The notes: generated from the sequence alone by a model not told the origin. A stretch of DNA of 64,000 bases from an uncultured delta proteobacterium (GCA_963843145.1 CAWJJC010000003.1:117462-181461), one strand, 5' to 3'; positions 11,680 through 25,283 are shown, counted from the stretch's first letter. Translations and numbers: made by a program.

Positions 11680-14600
11680 GTGGAAGATCTGTTCAGTTAT
11701 TTTGCCAAACCGAAAGACCCGTTGAACTATTATGCGGTCAGGATTTCCCTGGCTTCCCCGCAAAAGATCCGAGAGTGGTCATTTGGGGAGGTTAAGAAGC
11801 CGGAGACCATCAACTACCGGACCTTTAAGCCCGAACGGGAAGGCCTTTTCTGCGCCAAAATATTTGGCCCCACCAAGGATTACGAGTGTAACTGCGGGAA
11901 ATACAAGCGAATGAAGCACCGCGGGGTGGTCTGCGAAAAATGCGGCGTGGAGGTCATCCAGTCCAAGGTCCGGCGGGAACGAATGGGTCACATCGAGCTG
12001 GCCACCCCGGTGGCCCACATCTGGTTTTTGAAGAGTTTGCCCAGCAAGATCGGCAATCTGCTGGACCTGACCCTTAAGGAATTGGAAAAAATACTTTATT
12101 TTGAGTCCTATATCGTCCTGGAATCCGAGGAGGCCTCGTTGCCTCCCAAAACCCTGCTTCCGGAAGAACGGTACCGGCAGGCCCGCGAAGAATTCGGGGA
12201 TAAGTTCAAGGCCGGGATCGGCGCCGAGGCCATCCAAATTCTGCTCCAGGCCCAGGACCTGGAGGGGGAATCCAAAACCTTGCGGGAGGAAGTTCGGACC
12301 ACCCATTCTGAGGCCAAAAAGAAAAAGTACATCAAACGCCTGAAGGTTATTGAGGCCTTCAAGGATTCCGGAAACCGGCCCGAGTGGATGGTCATGGACG
12401 TTATCCCGGTGCTGCCGCCGGACTTGCGGCCCTTGGTGCCCTTGGATGGGGGACGGTTCGCCACCTCGGATCTCAACGATCTCTATCGCCGGGTGATTAA
12501 TCGCAATAATCGGCTTAAAAGGCTTCTGGAACTCAACGCCCCCGATATCATTATTCGCAACGAGAAAAGGATGCTCCAGGAAGCGGTGGACGTCCTGTTC
12601 GATAACGGCCGGAGGGGTAAGGTCATCACCGGTACCAATAAACGTCCCCTGAAATCCCTGAGCGACATGCTCAAAGGGAAACAGGGGCGGTTCCGTCAAA
12701 ATCTTTTAGGAAAACGGGTGGACTATTCCGGTCGTACGGTTATCGTCATCGGCCCCAATCTGCGTTTGCACCAGTGCGGCTTGCCCAAAAAGATGGCCTT
12801 GGAGCTTTTTAAACCCTTCATCTATAACAAATTGGAGGAAAAAGGGTTCGTCAGCACCATCAAAACCGCCAAACGGATGGTGGAAAAAGAAACCCCCGAA
12901 GTTTGGGATACCCTGGATGAAGTGGTTCGGGAATATCCCATCCTGCTCAACCGGGCGCCCACCTTGCATCGTTTGGGTATCCAGGCTTTTGAACCCATCT
13001 TAGTCGAAGGCAAGGCCATTCAGCTTCACCCCCTGGTCTGCGCGGCGTTCAACGCCGACTTTGACGGGGATCAGATGGCCGTCCATGTCCCTCTCTCCAT
13101 CCAGGCCCAAATCGAGGCCCGGGTGCTGATGATGTCCACCAACAACATCCTTTCTCCGGCCAACGGGGAACCGATTATCGTGCCTTCCCAGGATATCGTC
13201 CTGGGGCTGTATTACCTGACCCGGGACCGCTTTTTTCAAAAAGGGGAGGGCAAGATTTTTTCCGGGCCGGAGGAAGTCCGCCGGGCCTATGACGCCAAAG
13301 AAGCGGACCTGCATGCCCGTATCCGGATGCGCCTGAACGGCCAGTTGCTGGATACCACCGTGGGACGGGTCTTGCTGTTCGAAGTGATTCCGCCCATGAT
13401 CCCCTTCAAGCGGGTCAACCGGGTCATGACCAAAAAGGAAATCCGGAAGCTGATCGACGATTGCTACCGGAAGGCCGGGATCAAGGAGACGGTTATTTTG
13501 GCCGACCGGTTAAAGGATGTCGGTTTTCACTATGCCACCTTATCCGGGATTTCCATTTCCGTGGCCGACATGAAGGTTCCCCCCGAGAAAAAAGAGATTT
13601 TGCGCAAGGCCGAAGACGAAGTCCGCCGGGTGGAGAAGCAGTACGTCGACGGACTGATCACCGACGGAGAAAAATACAACAAACTGGTGGATATCTGGGC
13701 CAAGGCCAGTGAGGACGTGGCCCAGGAGATGATGGAAGTGATGGGCACCGAAATGGTGGCCGGTCCCCAGGACAGCCAGGTTATGGTGCCCAGTTTTAAC
13801 CCCATTTTTATGATGTCCGATTCCGGTTCCCGGGGTAGCAAAGACCAGATGCGCCAGTTGGCCGGCATGCGGGGACTGATGGCCAAACCTTCCGGGGAGA
13901 TCATCGAGACGCCGATCCGAGCCAATTTCAGAGAAGGCCTGAGCGTGTTGGAATACTTCATTTCCACCCACGGGGCCCGGAAAGGGCTGGCCGATACGGC
14001 CTTGAAGACCGCCAATTCCGGCTATTTAACCCGCCGCTTAGTGGATGTCTCCCAGGACATGATTATCCACGAGGAAGACTGCGGCACCATCGACGGGATT
14101 ATCGTGGAGGCCCTGCGGGAAGCCGGGGAGGTGATCCAGCCCATCGGGGAGCGGGTTTTGGGCCGGGTGGCCCTGACGGATATCAAAGACCCTTACAGTG
14201 AAGAAGTGCTGGTCCAGTCTAATACCGAGATCGACGAGGCGGCGGTGGAGCGACTGGAAGAGGCCGGTATCGAACGGGTCTCTATCCGGTCGGTGTTGAC
14301 CTGTCAGAGCGTTCGCGGGGTGTGCGCCCGTTGCTATGGCCGTGATTTGGCCTACGGGAAACCGGTCAATATCGGAGAGGCCATCGGTATCATTGCCGCC
14401 CAATCCATTGGTGAACCGGGAACCCAGCTCACCATGCGGACCTTTCATATCGGCGGCGTGGCCAAACAGCGCAGTGAACAATCGACGCTCCACGCCCGGA
14501 CCGACGGGCGGGTGCGCTTCGTTCAATTGAATACGGTAGTGAATCGCGACGGCGACCCGGTGGTGATGAACCGTAACGGCCAGATGGCCATCGAGGATGA

Positions 14601-15777
14601 TAAAGGTCGGGAACGGGAGCGTTATCCCCTGATTTACGGGACCCAGTTGAAAATCAAGGAAGGACAAGCGGTTAAGGCCGGAGACTTGCTGGCCAATTGG
14701 GACCCCTTTACCATTCCGATCATTACCGCCGTATCCGGGAAAGTGAAATTTGGAGACGTCAACGAAGGGATGACCATGGAAGAGCGGCGGGATGTGGTGA
14801 CCGGAAAATCCAGTAAGGTCATCGTGGAATACCGGGATGCGGAAATGCGGCCTCGAATTTCCATCAAGGATGACCAGGGCCGGACGGCCAAGTTGCCCCA
14901 ATCCAATGCCTGGGCCCGGTATCTGCTCCCCTTGGGGGCGATTATCCTGGTCACCGAGGGTGATGCGATTTTAGCCGGCGACGTCGTGGCTAAGATCCCC
15001 CGCGAAACCACCAAGACCAAAGACATCACCGGCGGTCTGCCCCGGGTGGCCGAGTTATTTGAAGTTCGCAAACCCAAAGAGCACGCCGTGATCACCGAAA
15101 TCGACGGGCTGGTGACTTTTGGGAAGCACAGCAAAGGGAAACGAAAGGTGGTGGTCACCCCGGAAGTGGGCGAGCCTCGAGAATACCTCATTCCCAAAGG
15201 CAAACACGTGAGCGTGCAGGAAGGGGACGTCATCCTGGCCGGCGAGGCCCTGATGGACGGGTCGGCCAACCCCCACGACATCCTGAGCGTCAGCGGGATC
15301 AAGGAATTGGCCAAATACCTGGTCAATGAAGTCCAGGAAGTCTACCGCCTTCAGGGGGTGAAAATCAACGACAAGCACATCGAGGTCATTGTTCGCCAGA
15401 TGCTCCGCAAGGTCAAGATCAAGGATCCGGGAGACAGCGATTATTTGGTGGGGGATCAGGTGGAGTGGCAGGTCTTCACTCAGAAAAACCGGGAAGTCCT
15501 GGCCGAGGGAGGAAGACCGGCCCAGGCCGAGCCGCTCCTTCAGGGGATTACCAAGGCCTCCCTGTCGACCGACAGTTTCATTTCCGCGGCCTCCTTCCAG
15601 GAGACGACCAAGGTCCTGACCGACGCCAGCATCGGCGGAGAAAAAGACTATTTACGGGGCTTGAAGGAAAATGTCATCCTGGGGCGCATCATTCCGGCCG
15701 GCACCGGGATGGCGGTCTACCGGAATATTCTTTTGCCCCAACCGGGTAAGGCCGTGGCGGAACGGAGCGAACCGTAA
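11680..15777 (+). CDS. rpoC: RNA polymerase beta' subunit
   Basis: [12 protein letters not shown] catalytic motif, N-terminal Zn ribbon; GTG start. Confidence 0.99.
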   Translation: MEDLFSYFAKPKDPLNYYAVRISLASPQKIREWSFGEVKKPETINYRTFKPEREGLFCAKIFGPTKDYECNCGKYKRMKHRGVVCEKCGVEVIQSKVRRERMGHIELATPVAHIWFLKSLPSKIGNLLDLTLKELEKILYFESYIVLESEEASLPPKTLLPEERYRQAREEFGDKFKAGIGAEAIQILLQAQDLEGESKTLREEVRTTHSEAKKKKYIKRLKVIEAFKDSGNRPEWMVMDVIPVLPPDLRPLVPLDGGRFATSDLNDLYRRVINRNNRLKRLLELNAPDIIIRNEKRMLQEAVDVLFDNGRRGKVITGTNKRPLKSLSDMLKGKQGRFRQNLLGKRVDYSGRTVIVIGPNLRLHQCGLPKKMALELFKPFIYNKLEEKGFVSTIKTAKRMVEKETPEVWDTLDEVVREYPILLNRAPTLHRLGIQAFEPILVEGKAIQLHPLVCAAFNADFDGDQMAVHVPLSIQAQIEARVLMMSTNNILSPANGEPIIVPSQDIVLGLYYLTRDRFFQKGEGKIFSGPEEVRRAYDAKEADLHARIRMRLNGQLLDTTVGRVLLFEVIPPMIPFKRVNRVMTKKEIRKLIDDCYRKAGIKETVILADRLKDVGFHYATLSGISISVADMKVPPEKKEILRKAEDEVRRVEKQYVDGLITDGEKYNKLVDIWAKASEDVAQEMMEVMGTEMVAGPQDSQVMVPSFNPIFMMSDSGSRGSKDQMRQLAGMRGLMAKPSGEIIETPIRANFREGLSVLEYFISTHGARKGLADTALKTANSGYLTRRLVDVSQDMIIHEEDCGTIDGIIVEALREAGEVIQPIGERVLGRVALTDIKDPYSEEVLVQSNTEIDEAAVERLEEAGIERVSIRSVLTCQSVRGVCARCYGRDLAYGKPVNIGEAIGIIAAQSIGEPGTQLTMRTFHIGGVAKQRSEQSTLHARTDGRVRFVQLNTVVNRDGDPVVMNRNGQMAIEDDKGRERERYPLIYGTQLKIKEGQAVKAGDLLANWDPFTIPIITAVSGKVKFGDVNEGMTMEERRDVVTGKSSKVIVEYRDAEMRPRISIKDDQGRTAKLPQSNAWARYLLPLGAIILVTEGDAILAGDVVAKIPRETTKTKDITGGLPRVAELFEVRKPKEHAVITEIDGLVTFGKHSKGKRKVVVTPEVGEPREYLIPKGKHVSVQEGDVILAGEALMDGSANPHDILSVSGIKELAKYLVNEVQEVYRLQGVKINDKHIEVIVRQMLRKVKIKDPGDSDYLVGDQVEWQVFTQKNREVLAEGGRPAQAEPLLQGITKASLSTDSFISAASFQETTKVLTDASIGGEKDYLRGLKENVILGRIIPAGTGMAVYRNILLPQPGKAVAERSEP

Positions 15778-15803
15778 TTCCTGGAAACTGGGCCAAAAAA
15801 GAG

Positions 15804-15833
15804 TTGACAAGTCGCAAAAAATAAGATAATAAT
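15804..15833 (+). promoter_or_regulatory. Putative sigma70 promoter of the str operon
   Basis: TTGACA at 15804 followed by AT-rich GATAATAAT -10 candidates upstream of rpsL. Confidence 0.55.
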
Positions 15834-15919
15834 ATAAATTTTTTAAAAATAGTCAAATATTTGCGACCGACAGCCTTCGGGGAAGGTCGGTCAACGGGGT
15901 GTTTCAAAAAAGGAGCGGT

Positions 15920-16291
15920 ATGGCCACCATTAATCAACTCATTCGTCAGGGCAGGACCAAGGTTAAAGGAAAAGTATCCACGCCGGCCTTAAAGGCCTGC
16001 CCTCAGAAACGAGGCGTCTGTATCCGGGTTTATACCTCAACGCCCAAAAAGCCTAACTCCGCGCTGCGGAAGGTGGCCCGGGTTCGTTTGACGAACGGCA
16101 TGGAGGTGACCACCTATATTCCGGGGGTCGGGCATAACCTCCAGGAGCATTCCGTGGTCCTGATCCGGGGGGGACGGGTGAAAGACCTGCCCGGGGTCCG
16201 CTATCATATCATCCGCGGCACCCTGGACTCCATCGGGGTAGCCGATCGCAAAAAGAGTCGGTCCAAATACGGGGCCAAAAGGCCTAAGTAG
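15920..16291 (+). CDS. rpsL: 30S ribosomal protein S12
   Basis: [21 protein letters not shown]. Confidence 0.99.
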   Translation: MATINQLIRQGRTKVKGKVSTPALKACPQKRGVCIRVYTSTPKKPNSALRKVARVRLTNGMEVTTYIPGVGHNLQEHSVVLIRGGRVKDLPGVRYHIIRGTLDSIGVADRKKSRSKYGAKRPK

Positions 16292-16373
16292 CCCGGTTCC
16301 GGAAAAAGCGGGGCGCAGCGGAGCCTGCGTTCTCAGCCCAAAAAAAACAAACGTCACTCAGCTAGAGGTCACC

Positions 16374-16844
16374 ATGCCGCGCAAAAGAGAAGTTCAGAAA
16401 AGGGAGATCCTGCCCGACCCGAAATATCATAGCCCTTTGGCGGCCAAATTCGTCAACAGCCTGATGGGCCGCGGGAAAAAAAGCACCGCCGAATCCATCC
16501 TCTATCGGGCCCTGGAGATCATCGGGAAGAAAAGTGAAGAGGAACCGCTGAAGATTTTTGAGAAGGCCTTGGATAACGTCAAACCGGTCATCGAAGTAAA
16601 ATCCCGGCGGGTCGGGGGGTCCACCTATCAGGTCCCGGTGGAAGTTCGGGCCAATCGCCGTCTTTCGCTCAGTATCCGCTGGCTGATCGCCTATTCCCAG
16701 GCCCGTTCGGAAAAGACCATGGAGGCCAAACTGGCCGGAGAGTTCCTGGATGCCGCTAATAACCGCGGGGCGGCCATCAAGAAAAAAGAGGATACCCATA
16801 AAATGGCGGAAGCCAACAAGGCCTTCGCCCATTACCGCTGGTAG
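16374..16844 (+). CDS. rpsG: 30S ribosomal protein S7
   Basis: [25 protein letters not shown]. Confidence 0.99.
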   Translation: MPRKREVQKREILPDPKYHSPLAAKFVNSLMGRGKKSTAESILYRALEIIGKKSEEEPLKIFEKALDNVKPVIEVKSRRVGGSTYQVPVEVRANRRLSLSIRWLIAYSQARSEKTMEAKLAGEFLDAANNRGAAIKKKEDTHKMAEANKAFAHYRW

Positions 16845-16891
16845 TCGGATCAGACCGGGCCAGAAGCCGATGTGGTCGGGAGAATTAGAAA

Positions 16892-18970
16892 TTGGTCGAA
16901 AAACAAGCGCTAACACGAATCCGGAACATTGGTATTATGGCCCATATCGATGCCGGGAAAACCACGACTACCGAGCGCATCCTCTATTATACCGGGGTAT
17001 CCTATAAAATGGGTGAAGTTCACGAGGGCTCAGCGGTCATGGACTGGATGGAACAGGAGCAGGAGAGGGGCATCACCATCACCTCGGCCGCGACCACCTG
17101 TTATTGGCAGGATCACCGCATCAATATCATTGATACCCCCGGGCATGTGGATTTTACCATGGAAGTGGAACGCGCCCTGAGGGTCTTGGATGGGGCGATA
17201 GCCGTCTTTGACGCCGTAGCCGGCGTGGAACCGCAGTCCGAAACGGTTTGGCGGCAGGCCGATCGCTACGGGATCCCGCGGCTGGCCTTTATCAACAAGA
17301 TGGACCGCGTGGGGGCGGATCCGGAGCGTTGCCTGCGGATGATGGCAGAACGATTGGGGGCCAAACCGGTTTTTATCCAATTACCGCTGGGCCTGGAAGA
17401 AAAATTCACCGGGTTGATTGATTTGATCCGGGAGGAAGCGGTCTTTTTTGATGAAGACTCTCTGGGACGGCAACTGGTTCGCGGGCCGGTGCCGGAAAGC
17501 CTGCGTCCCGCGGCCCTCGAACAGCGACAGCGACTGATCGAATCTTTGGCCGAACACGACGATAATCTGATGGAGAAGTACGTGGAGGGACAACCCATTT
17601 CCCCGGTGGAGATCCGGGAGGCCTTGCGCCTGGCTACCTTGAGCCAGGCCGTAGTCCCCGTCCTCTGCGGTTCGGCCTTTAAGAATAAGGGGATTCAACC
17701 TTTATTGGACGCCATTGTGGACTACCTGCCGGCGCCCACCGACGTGCCGCCCATCACCGGAATCAATCCTCGGGGACAGGTCGAACCCCGGTCCGCCGAC
17801 GAAAAAGGACCCTTTACGGCCTTGGCTTTTAAAATCATGTCCGATCCTTACGTAGGGCACTTGACCTTCCTGAGGGTCTACTCGGGCCGGGTGATTTCCG
17901 GGGGGACCGTGGTCAATGTCAATAAAGGGAAAAAAGAGAAGATCGGGCGACTGCTGAAAATGCACGCCAACCAGCGGGAAGACATCAAGGAAATACAGGC
18001 GGGGGATATCGTGGCGGTCGTGGGCCTGAAAAATACCACCACCGGGGACAGCCTCTGTTCTCCGGAAGCGCCGCTGCTCTTGGAATCGCTTCAGGTTCCC
18101 ATCCCGGTTATCTCCATTGCCGTGGAACCTCGGACCAAGGCCGACATGGACAAATTGGGCCTCTCCCTGCAGCGGATCGTGGCCGAAGACCCTTCCTTCC
18201 TGGTGCACACCGACGAGGAAACCGGCCAGACGCTGTTATCCGGAATGGGCGAACTCCATTTAGAGATCATCGTCGATCGCTTGACCAGGGAATTTAAGGT
18301 GGATGCCAATATCGGCCAACCCCAGGTGGCCTATAAGGAAACGATTACCCAGCAGGTTAAGCAGGAGGGCAAATATATTCGGCAGAGCGGCGGTCGCGGG
18401 CAATACGGCCATGTGGTGCTGGAAATTTACCCCCGGGAAGCCGGCAGCGGGTTTCTATTTGAGAATAAGATTTTCGGCGGCGTCGTCCCCAAGGAATATA
18501 TCCCGGCGATTGAGAAGGGGGTCCGCGAGGCCATGGCCGGAGGGGTTCTGGCCGGGTATCCCCTGATTGATTTGGGGGTCCGGTTGCTGGACGGTTCGTA
18601 CCATGAGGTGGATTCTTCGGAGCGGGCCTTCCATTTTGCCGCTTCCATCGCCCTCAAGGAAGCGGTGGCCAAGGCCCGGTTGGTTTTGCTGGAACCGGTC
18701 ATGGGGCTGGAGATCGTCACCCCGGAGGAGTTTGTCGGCGATGTGATGGGAGACATTACCGGCCGCCGGGGAAAAATCCTGGGACTGGAGTCCCGGGGTC
18801 AGGCCCGGATCATTGAGGCCCAGGCCCCCATGGCGGAGATGTTTGGGTATTCCACCTCCATCCGGTCGTCGACCCAGGGCCGGGCGACGTTCACCCTCCA
18901 ATTTTCTCATTACGAAAAAGTACCGCAATCTATATTGGAAGGCCTGTTAGCCGGCCGGAAAAAGAAATAA
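16892..18970 (+). CDS. fusA: Elongation factor G
   Basis: [22 protein letters not shown]; TTG start. Confidence 0.98.
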   Translation: MVEKQALTRIRNIGIMAHIDAGKTTTTERILYYTGVSYKMGEVHEGSAVMDWMEQEQERGITITSAATTCYWQDHRINIIDTPGHVDFTMEVERALRVLDGAIAVFDAVAGVEPQSETVWRQADRYGIPRLAFINKMDRVGADPERCLRMMAERLGAKPVFIQLPLGLEEKFTGLIDLIREEAVFFDEDSLGRQLVRGPVPESLRPAALEQRQRLIESLAEHDDNLMEKYVEGQPISPVEIREALRLATLSQAVVPVLCGSAFKNKGIQPLLDAIVDYLPAPTDVPPITGINPRGQVEPRSADEKGPFTALAFKIMSDPYVGHLTFLRVYSGRVISGGTVVNVNKGKKEKIGRLLKMHANQREDIKEIQAGDIVAVVGLKNTTTGDSLCSPEAPLLLESLQVPIPVISIAVEPRTKADMDKLGLSLQRIVAEDPSFLVHTDEETGQTLLSGMGELHLEIIVDRLTREFKVDANIGQPQVAYKETITQQVKQEGKYIRQSGGRGQYGHVVLEIYPREAGSGFLFENKIFGGVVPKEYIPAIEKGVREAMAGGVLAGYPLIDLGVRLLDGSYHEVDSSERAFHFAASIALKEAVAKARLVLLEPVMGLEIVTPEEFVGDVMGDITGRRGKILGLESRGQARIIEAQAPMAEMFGYSTSIRSSTQGRATFTLQFSHYEKVPQSILEGLLAGRKKK

Positions 18971-19032
18971 TCGTCTTCGGACTGCAACCCAAAAAGGGAT
19001 TGGACCACATTTAACCAAGGGGGACGAGACTG

Positions 19033-20232
19033 ATGGCCAAGAAGAAATTTGAACGGACGAAGCCGCATGTGAATGTGGGGACGATCGGGCATATTGATCA
19101 TGGGAAGACGACCTTGACGGCGGCGATCACGCTTTGTTTATCGAAGACCGGGTTTGCGAATTACATACCCTTTGACGAGATCGACAAGGCGCCGGAGGAG
19201 AAGGAGCGGGGCATTACGATCGCCACGGCCCACGTGGAGTACGAGACCAAGAAGCGGCATTATGCGCACGTGGACTGTCCGGGGCACGCGGACTATATCA
19301 AGAACATGATCACCGGGGCGGCGCAGATGGACGGGGCGATTCTGGTGGTGGGGGCGGATGACGGGCCGATGCCGCAGACGCGGGAGCATATTTTATTGGG
19401 ACGCCAGGTGGGCGTGCCGTACATTGTGGTTTTTTTGAACAAGGTGGACATGGTGGATGATCCGGAGTTGATCGAGCTGGTGGAGCTGGAACTGCGGGAA
19501 CTCTTGAGCAAGTATGAGTATCCGGGGGACGATATCCCGATCATCAAGGGATCGGCGCTGAAAGCGCTGGAGTGCGGCTGCGGGAAAGGGGACTGTCCCA
19601 GTTGCCAGCCCATCCTGGAGCTGATGGAGGCGATCGACAATTATGTACCGGAGCCGGTGCGGGATATTGAGAAGCCGTTTTTGATGCCGGTGGAGGACGT
19701 GTTCAGCATTTCGGGCCGGGGGACGGTAGTCACGGGCCGGGTGGAACGCGGGATGATCAAGGTCGGTGAGGAAGTGGAGATCGTGGGGATTCGGCCGACG
19801 GTGAAGACGATCTGTACCGGGGTGGAGATGTTTCGGAAGACCTTGGATCAGGGCCAGGCGGGAGACAACGTGGGGTTGCTGCTGCGGGGGACCAAGCGGG
19901 ACGATGTGGAGCGGGGTCAGGTGGTAGCCAAGACGGGATCGATCACGCCGCACACCAAGTTCAAGGCGGAGTCGTACATTCTGTCGAAGGAGGAAGGCGG
20001 GCGGCACACGCCGTTTTTCAACGGCTACCGGCCGCAGTTTTATTTTCGGACCACCGACGTGACGGGGGTGGTGACCCTGCCGGAAGGGGTGGAGATGGTG
20101 ATGCCGGGAGACAACGTCTCGATGACGGTGTCCTTGATCATGCCCATTGCCATGGAGAAGGAACTCCGCTTTGCCATTCGTGAGGGAGGTCGGACCGTAG
20201 GCGCCGGCGTGATCTCCGAAATCTTGGAATAA
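19033..20232 (+). CDS. tuf: Elongation factor Tu (copy 2)
   Basis: Protein identical to 2379-3578. Confidence 0.99.
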   Translation: MAKKKFERTKPHVNVGTIGHIDHGKTTLTAAITLCLSKTGFANYIPFDEIDKAPEEKERGITIATAHVEYETKKRHYAHVDCPGHADYIKNMITGAAQMDGAILVVGADDGPMPQTREHILLGRQVGVPYIVVFLNKVDMVDDPELIELVELELRELLSKYEYPGDDIPIIKGSALKALECGCGKGDCPSCQPILELMEAIDNYVPEPVRDIEKPFLMPVEDVFSISGRGTVVTGRVERGMIKVGEEVEIVGIRPTVKTICTGVEMFRKTLDQGQAGDNVGLLLRGTKRDDVERGQVVAKTGSITPHTKFKAESYILSKEEGGRHTPFFNGYRPQFYFRTTDVTGVVTLPEGVEMVMPGDNVSMTVSLIMPIAMEKELRFAIREGGRTVGAGVISEILE

Positions 20233-20255
20233 CGGAATTGCTAAAGGATTAGATT

Positions 20256-20567
20256 ATGATGACCAGTCAGAAGATCCGAATTCAACTCAGGGCCTTTGAT
20301 CATAGACTCCTGGACCAGTCAGCGGCCGAAATCGTGGAGACGGCCAAGCGGACCGGTGCGCGAATCGCCGGACCGATTCCCTTGCCGACCCGAATCAAGA
20401 AGTTTTGCGTCCTGCGGTCACCCCACGTGGATAAGAAATCGCGTGAACAGTTTGAAATTCGGACGCACAAACGGTTACTGGATATTCTGGAACCTACCCA
20501 AGCCACAGTGGATGCTTTAATGAAGTTAGACCTCTCCGCCGGTGTGGACGTGGAGATAAAATTGTAG
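20256..20567 (+). CDS. rpsJ: 30S ribosomal protein S10
   Basis: [27 protein letters not shown]. Confidence 0.99.
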   Translation: MMTSQKIRIQLRAFDHRLLDQSAAEIVETAKRTGARIAGPIPLPTRIKKFCVLRSPHVDKKSREQFEIRTHKRLLDILEPTQATVDALMKLDLSAGVDVEIKL

Positions 20568-20592
20568 AGAGGCCTGGAAGGGGCGAGAACAG

Positions 20593-21213
20593 ATGGTGCA
20601 AGGAATACTAGGAAAAAAAATCGGGATGACCCGCCTGTTTGTCGAGGAAGGTAAGTCTGTGCCCGTTACGCTGATCGAGGTCGGACCCTGTCAGGTGGTT
20701 CGAGTCAAGCCGGAAACGGCCACCCAGCGGCTCGCCCTGCAGTTAGGGTACCAGTTAAGGAAAAAAAAGGCCGTCAACAAACCCCAGGCCGGATATTTTA
20801 AGAAGCAGGGGCTGGAACCCTACGTCCACTTGAAGGAATTTTCAGCCGATCCCGAACCCCCTTATCAGATCGGGGATGAAATCAGGGTAGATATTTTTGC
20901 CATTGGAGAACAGGTTAAGGTTCAGGGGGTGTCCAAGGGGAAGGGATTTGCCGGGGTGGTCAAGCGCTGGGGGTTTGCCGGCGGGAAAGCCACCCACGGC
21001 TGTACCTCGCACGCGGTCCCCGGTTCCATCGGGTCGAGCGCCTATCCGTCCCGGGTGATCAAAGGGAAGAAAATGCCCGGTCATTTGGGCCATCGTCAAG
21101 TCACCGTAAAAAACCTGTCGGTGGTGGATATTCGACCGGAATTGAATTTGATTATCATCAAAGGGGCCATCCCCGGGGCTCGCAACTCCATGGTCGCCGT
21201 TTACAAACAGTAA
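20593..21213 (+). CDS. rplC: 50S ribosomal protein L3
   Basis: [22 protein letters not shown]. Confidence 0.98.
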   Translation: MVQGILGKKIGMTRLFVEEGKSVPVTLIEVGPCQVVRVKPETATQRLALQLGYQLRKKKAVNKPQAGYFKKQGLEPYVHLKEFSADPEPPYQIGDEIRVDIFAIGEQVKVQGVSKGKGFAGVVKRWGFAGGKATHGCTSHAVPGSIGSSAYPSRVIKGKKMPGHLGHRQVTVKNLSVVDIRPELNLIIIKGAIPGARNSMVAVYKQ

Positions 21214-21279
21214 GCGAGCCTCTGCCGGGGTCGGAAAAGGCCAATCCGCGCGGGACCTAGGAAAGACAAGGAATTCGTT

Positions 21280-21903
21280 ATGCCAACGGTTAGTGTTTAT
21301 AATATAAGCAAAGAAAAAGTGGGCGAGCTGACCCTCAACGAAGCCATTTTCAATCGCCCGGTTGATACGCATCTGCTCCACCGGGTGGTGACCATGCAGT
21401 TGACCAACCGCCGCTCCGGCACATCGGCGACCAAAGGCCGGTCCGAAGTTAGAGGGGGCGGCAAAAAACCTTTTCGCCAGAAAGGCGGCGGTCGGGCCAG
21501 GGCCGGGGCGATTACTTCACCTCTGATGCGCAAAGGCGGGGTTGTTTTTGGCCCCCAACCCCGGGTGTACCAGGTGAGGGTGCCCAAAAAAATGAAAAAA
21601 CTGGCCTTACGGATGGCCCTCTCCTCCAAGTGGCAGAGCGATCGGCTCCTGGTTCTGGAGGATTTCAACCTGGACGAAATCAAAACCAAGAAATTTTGCC
21701 AGCTTCTGGATCGCTTTGACTTAAAAAAGACCTTATTTATTATGGATCAGGACCATCTGAATTTTGAAAAGTCCGCGCACAACCTGCCTTTCGTCAAGAC
21801 GTTGCGGGTCGAAGGCCTCAACGTCTACGATATCCTGAAATTCGAACATTTGGTGCTGAACCAGCCCAGCGTGTTGCGTCTTGAGGAGACCTTAAGCCAA
21901 TGA
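21280..21903 (+). CDS. rplD: 50S ribosomal protein L4
   Basis: TKGRSEVRGGGKKPFRQKG. Confidence 0.98.
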   Translation: MPTVSVYNISKEKVGELTLNEAIFNRPVDTHLLHRVVTMQLTNRRSGTSATKGRSEVRGGGKKPFRQKGGGRARAGAITSPLMRKGGVVFGPQPRVYQVRVPKKMKKLALRMALSSKWQSDRLLVLEDFNLDEIKTKKFCQLLDRFDLKKTLFIMDQDHLNFEKSAHNLPFVKTLRVEGLNVYDILKFEHLVLNQPSVLRLEETLSQ

Positions 21904-22181
21904 AAGATATCTATCAAGTCATCAAGCGCCCCTTGGTCACTGAGAAAAACACCCGGCAGAAGGAAGCTTTCAACCAGCTTTCCTTTGAAGTGGATCGGCG
22001 GGCCAACCGGTCGGAGGTTAAGCAGGCCGTTGAAAAATTATTTAAAGTCAAGGTGTTACGGGTCAATCTGATGCAGATGGAAGGCAAGAAGAAAAAAGTT
22101 GGACGCTTCCTCGGTCAGAAGGCCGATTGGAAGAAAGCCCTGGTCCGCCTGGCGCCCGGGGAAATGATTGAGAACTTATAG
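21900..22181 (+). CDS. rplW: 50S ribosomal protein L23
   Basis: IKRPLVTEK, WKKALVRL. Confidence 0.97.
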   Translation: MKDIYQVIKRPLVTEKNTRQKEAFNQLSFEVDRRANRSEVKQAVEKLFKVKVLRVNLMQMEGKKKKVGRFLGQKADWKKALVRLAPGEMIENL

Positions 22182-22224
22182 GCTGGGATCGTTTCCGATC
22201 CGTTAAGCATCAGGAGAAAAACCT

Positions 22225-23049
22225 ATGGCCATCAAAACCTGTACCCCGACCTCCGCCGGCCGTCGGTGGCAAACCTTCGATACCTTTGAAGGAATAAGCT
22301 CCGAACGACCGGTTCGCGGATTGGTGGAGCCGCTACACAAAACCGGCGGTCGAAACGCCTACGGGCGGATAACCAGCCGGCATCGCGGTGGGGGACATAA
22401 ACGTCTTTATCGCCTGATCGATTTTAAGCGGGATAAATTGGAGATCCCCGCCCGGGTGGCCCGGATTGAATATGATCCCAACCGGACTACCCGTATTGCC
22501 CTGTTGACTTATGCCGACGGGGAAAAAAGGTACATCCTGGCCCCAACAAAACTTAAGGTCGGTGACTTGGTCGTCAGCAGTCCCCACGCGGACATCAAAC
22601 CGGGAAACACCTTGCCCCTGGCCAATATTCCTTTGGGAACGCATGTGCACAACCTCGAACTCCAGCCCGGCAAGGGGGGACAATTGGTGCGCAGCGCCGG
22701 TACGTACGCTCAGTTGATGGCCAAGGAAGGAAAATATGCCCAGATCAAAATGCCTTCCGGGGAAGTGCGCAAGGTCCTTTTGACTTGTAAGGCCACTATC
22801 GGACAGAACGGCAATTTGGAACAGGAAAATATCACCATCGGCAAAGCCGGCCGGAGCCGCTGGTTGGGAAAACGTCCCCAATCTCGAGGGGTGGCCATGA
22901 ATCCGGTGGATCACCCGCACGGCGGCGGGGAAGGAAAGAGTTCGGGCGGCCGCCATCCGGTGACTCCCTGGGGGGTCCCGACCAAGGGCTATCGGACTCG
23001 AAAAAACAAGGCCAGTGATCGGTTGATTGTTAAACGCCGGAAATCTTAA
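22225..23049 (+). CDS. rplB: 50S ribosomal protein L2
   Basis: [20 protein letters not shown]. Confidence 0.99.
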   Translation: MAIKTCTPTSAGRRWQTFDTFEGISSERPVRGLVEPLHKTGGRNAYGRITSRHRGGGHKRLYRLIDFKRDKLEIPARVARIEYDPNRTTRIALLTYADGEKRYILAPTKLKVGDLVVSSPHADIKPGNTLPLANIPLGTHVHNLELQPGKGGQLVRSAGTYAQLMAKEGKYAQIKMPSGEVRKVLLTCKATIGQNGNLEQENITIGKAGRSRWLGKRPQSRGVAMNPVDHPHGGGEGKSSGGRHPVTPWGVPTKGYRTRKNKASDRLIVKRRKS

Positions 23050-23071
23050 AGGAGAAGGATAGGGGGAAGAC

Positions 23072-23362
23072 GTGGCGCGCTCAATAAAAAAAGGACCCTT
23101 TGTCGATGATCATCTCGTTCGAAAAGTACAAGAGGCCCAGGATAACAAAAGCCGAAAAGTCATAAAAACGTGGTCTCGCCGGTCAACGATCCTTCCGGAA
23201 TTTGTCGGCGCCACCTTTGCCGTCCATAACGGCAAGAAATTCATTCCGGTTTTCGTCAGCGAGAACATGGTCGGCCACAAATTGGGAGAATTTTCCCCCA
23301 CCCGTATTTTTTATGCCCATGCGGGGAGTAAAAAAACGGCGGTGAAGGGGAAAGGGAAATAA
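23072..23362 (+). CDS. rpsS: 30S ribosomal protein S19
   Basis: [21 protein letters not shown]; GTG start. Confidence 0.98.
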   Translation: MARSIKKGPFVDDHLVRKVQEAQDNKSRKVIKTWSRRSTILPEFVGATFAVHNGKKFIPVFVSENMVGHKLGEFSPTRIFYAHAGSKKTAVKGKGK

Positions 23363-23377
23363 AAAAGGGAACAACGC

Positions 23378-23707
23378 ATGGAGACGAAAGCACAAGCCAA
23401 ATATATCCGGATTGCTTCCCGAAAGGTCCAGGTCATCATCCCGGCCATTAAAGGGAAAAAAGTGGAAGAAGCCATCGCCTTGCTGGGATTTATTCCCCGG
23501 AAAGGCGCTCGGATACTGAACCGGGTGCTGCACTCCGCGGTAGCCAATGCCGGCCAGAACAAGGTGGATATTGATACCTTGGTAGTCAAAAAAATATTGG
23601 TGGACCAGGGCCCCACGTTGAAACGATTTATGCCCCGGGCCATGGGCCGGGCCACACCCATTTTGAAACGAACCAGCCACATTACGGTCATTTTAGACGA
23701 AAATTAA
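23378..23707 (+). CDS. rplV: 50S ribosomal protein L22
   Basis: SAVANA, PRAMGRA, RTSHITV. Confidence 0.98.
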   Translation: METKAQAKYIRIASRKVQVIIPAIKGKKVEEAIALLGFIPRKGARILNRVLHSAVANAGQNKVDIDTLVVKKILVDQGPTLKRFMPRAMGRATPILKRTSHITVILDEN

Positions 23708-23722
23708 GCCAAGGAGGATAGC

Positions 23723-24370
23723 TTGGGACAAAAAGTACATCCGGTCGGGTTTCGCTTAGGGTATAACAAGGCCTGGAATTCCAGGTGGTTTGCCGATAAA
23801 GACTTTTCAAAATTCCTTCGGGAAGATAAGACCATCAGGGAATTTCTGAAGAAGCGACTCTATGAGGCCGGTATTGCCCGCCTCGATATTGAAAGGGCCG
23901 CCAATAAGGTCAAGATCATTATCTTTACCGCGCGGCCCGGGATTGTCATCGGAAAAAAAGGGGCCCAGATTGAAAGTTTAAAAAAGGAACTGGAAGGCAT
24001 CATTCAGCGCGAAGTGATTATTGATATCCAGGAAGTTCGAAAACCGGAGATCGAGGCGCAGTTGGTGGCTGAAAACGTAGCCCAGCAATTGGAAAGAAGG
24101 GTAGCTTTCCGGCGGGCCATGAAAAAAGCGGTAAATTCCGCGCTGAAGTTCGGCGCCAAAGGCATAAAGATTTCCTGTGCCGGTCGGTTGGGGGGGGCGG
24201 AAATGGCCCGCTCCGAATGGTACCGGGAGGGACGGGTTCCGTTGCACACCTTGCGGGCCGACATCGATTACGGATTCGCCGAAGCGGCCACCACCTACGG
24301 ACTCATTGGAGTAAAAGTGATTATGTTCAAAGGGGAAAGCCTGCCTGAGAAAAAAGGTCGGAACCTATAA
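23723..24370 (+). CDS. rpsC: 30S ribosomal protein S3
   Basis: [26 protein letters not shown]; TTG start. Confidence 0.99.
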   Translation: MGQKVHPVGFRLGYNKAWNSRWFADKDFSKFLREDKTIREFLKKRLYEAGIARLDIERAANKVKIIIFTARPGIVIGKKGAQIESLKKELEGIIQREVIIDIQEVRKPEIEAQLVAENVAQQLERRVAFRRAMKKAVNSALKFGAKGIKISCAGRLGGAEMARSEWYREGRVPLHTLRADIDYGFAEAATTYGLIGVKVIMFKGESLPEKKGRNL

Positions 24371-24385
24371 AAGGAATTAGAGACC

Positions 24386-24799
24386 ATGCTTAGTCCAAAA
24401 AAAGTCAAATACCGCAAACAATTCAAGGGACGGATGCGGGGGGCCGCCTATCGAGGATCGGACCTCTCCTTCGGAGATTTCGGGTTACAGGCGCTGGAAT
24501 GCGGCCGAATCACGGCTCAGCAGATTGAGGCCGCTCGAATTGCCATGACCCGCTCCATCAAAAGGGGGGGGAAAATCTGGATTCGGGTTTTTCCGGATAA
24601 ACCCGTGACCAAGAAGCCGGCCGAAACCCGGATGGGAAAAGGAAAAGGAGCCCCGGAGGGCTGGGTGGCGGTAATCCGCCCCGGGCGGATTATTTACGAG
24701 ATGGAAGGGGTTTCCAAGGAAACAGCGGATGAGGCCCTCCGTTTAGCCGCTCACAAACTTCCGATCAAGACCAAGATCATATTCAGGAGTGCAGTGTGA
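24386..24799 (+). CDS. rplP: 50S ribosomal protein L16
   Basis: [12 protein letters not shown]. Confidence 0.99.
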   Translation: MLSPKKVKYRKQFKGRMRGAAYRGSDLSFGDFGLQALECGRITAQQIEAARIAMTRSIKRGGKIWIRVFPDKPVTKKPAETRMGKGKGAPEGWVAVIRPGRIIYEMEGVSKETADEALRLAAHKLPIKTKIIFRSAV

Positions 24800-24999
24800 A
24801 ACCAACCGAATTGCGGGATCTACCCTTGGAGGAATTGCGGTCCAAAGAAAAGGAAACCCAGGAGTCCCTGTTTAACCTTCGATTCCAGCAGGCCACGGGT
24901 TTATTGGAGAACAGCATGCGGCTTTCAACCACTAAAAGAGATTTGGCCCGGATTAAAACAATCCTCCGGGAAAAAATCGCAGCCCAACAAAATCGTTAA
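24796..24999 (+). CDS. rpmC: 50S ribosomal protein L29
   Basis: [19 protein letters not shown]. Confidence 0.97.
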   Translation: MKPTELRDLPLEELRSKEKETQESLFNLRFQQATGLLENSMRLSTTKRDLARIKTILREKIAAQQNR

Positions 25000-25010
25000 G
25001 AGGCGACAAG

Positions 25011-25268
25011 ATGAAGACCAGGGGCATTCGCAGGGATTTAACCGGTACGGTGGTTTCCAACAAGATGGAAAAAACGGTAGTGGTGGCCGTGGAACGATTG
25101 GTCCGCCATCCGGTGTATCAGAAATACATTCACCGCAAGACCAAATATTTGGCCCACGATGAAAGCAACCAGTGCCGGATCGGGGATCGAGTGCTGATCA
25201 AGGAGACTCGGCCCTTGAGCCGTCTGAAACGGTTCGCGGTAAATAAGATTTTAGAAAAAACGAGCTAA
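25011..25268 (+). CDS. rpsQ: 30S ribosomal protein S17
   Basis: [20 protein letters not shown]. Confidence 0.98.
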   Translation: MKTRGIRRDLTGTVVSNKMEKTVVVAVERLVRHPVYQKYIHRKTKYLAHDESNQCRIGDRVLIKETRPLSRLKRFAVNKILEKTS

Positions 25269-25283
25269 AATTAGGGTGGGCTT

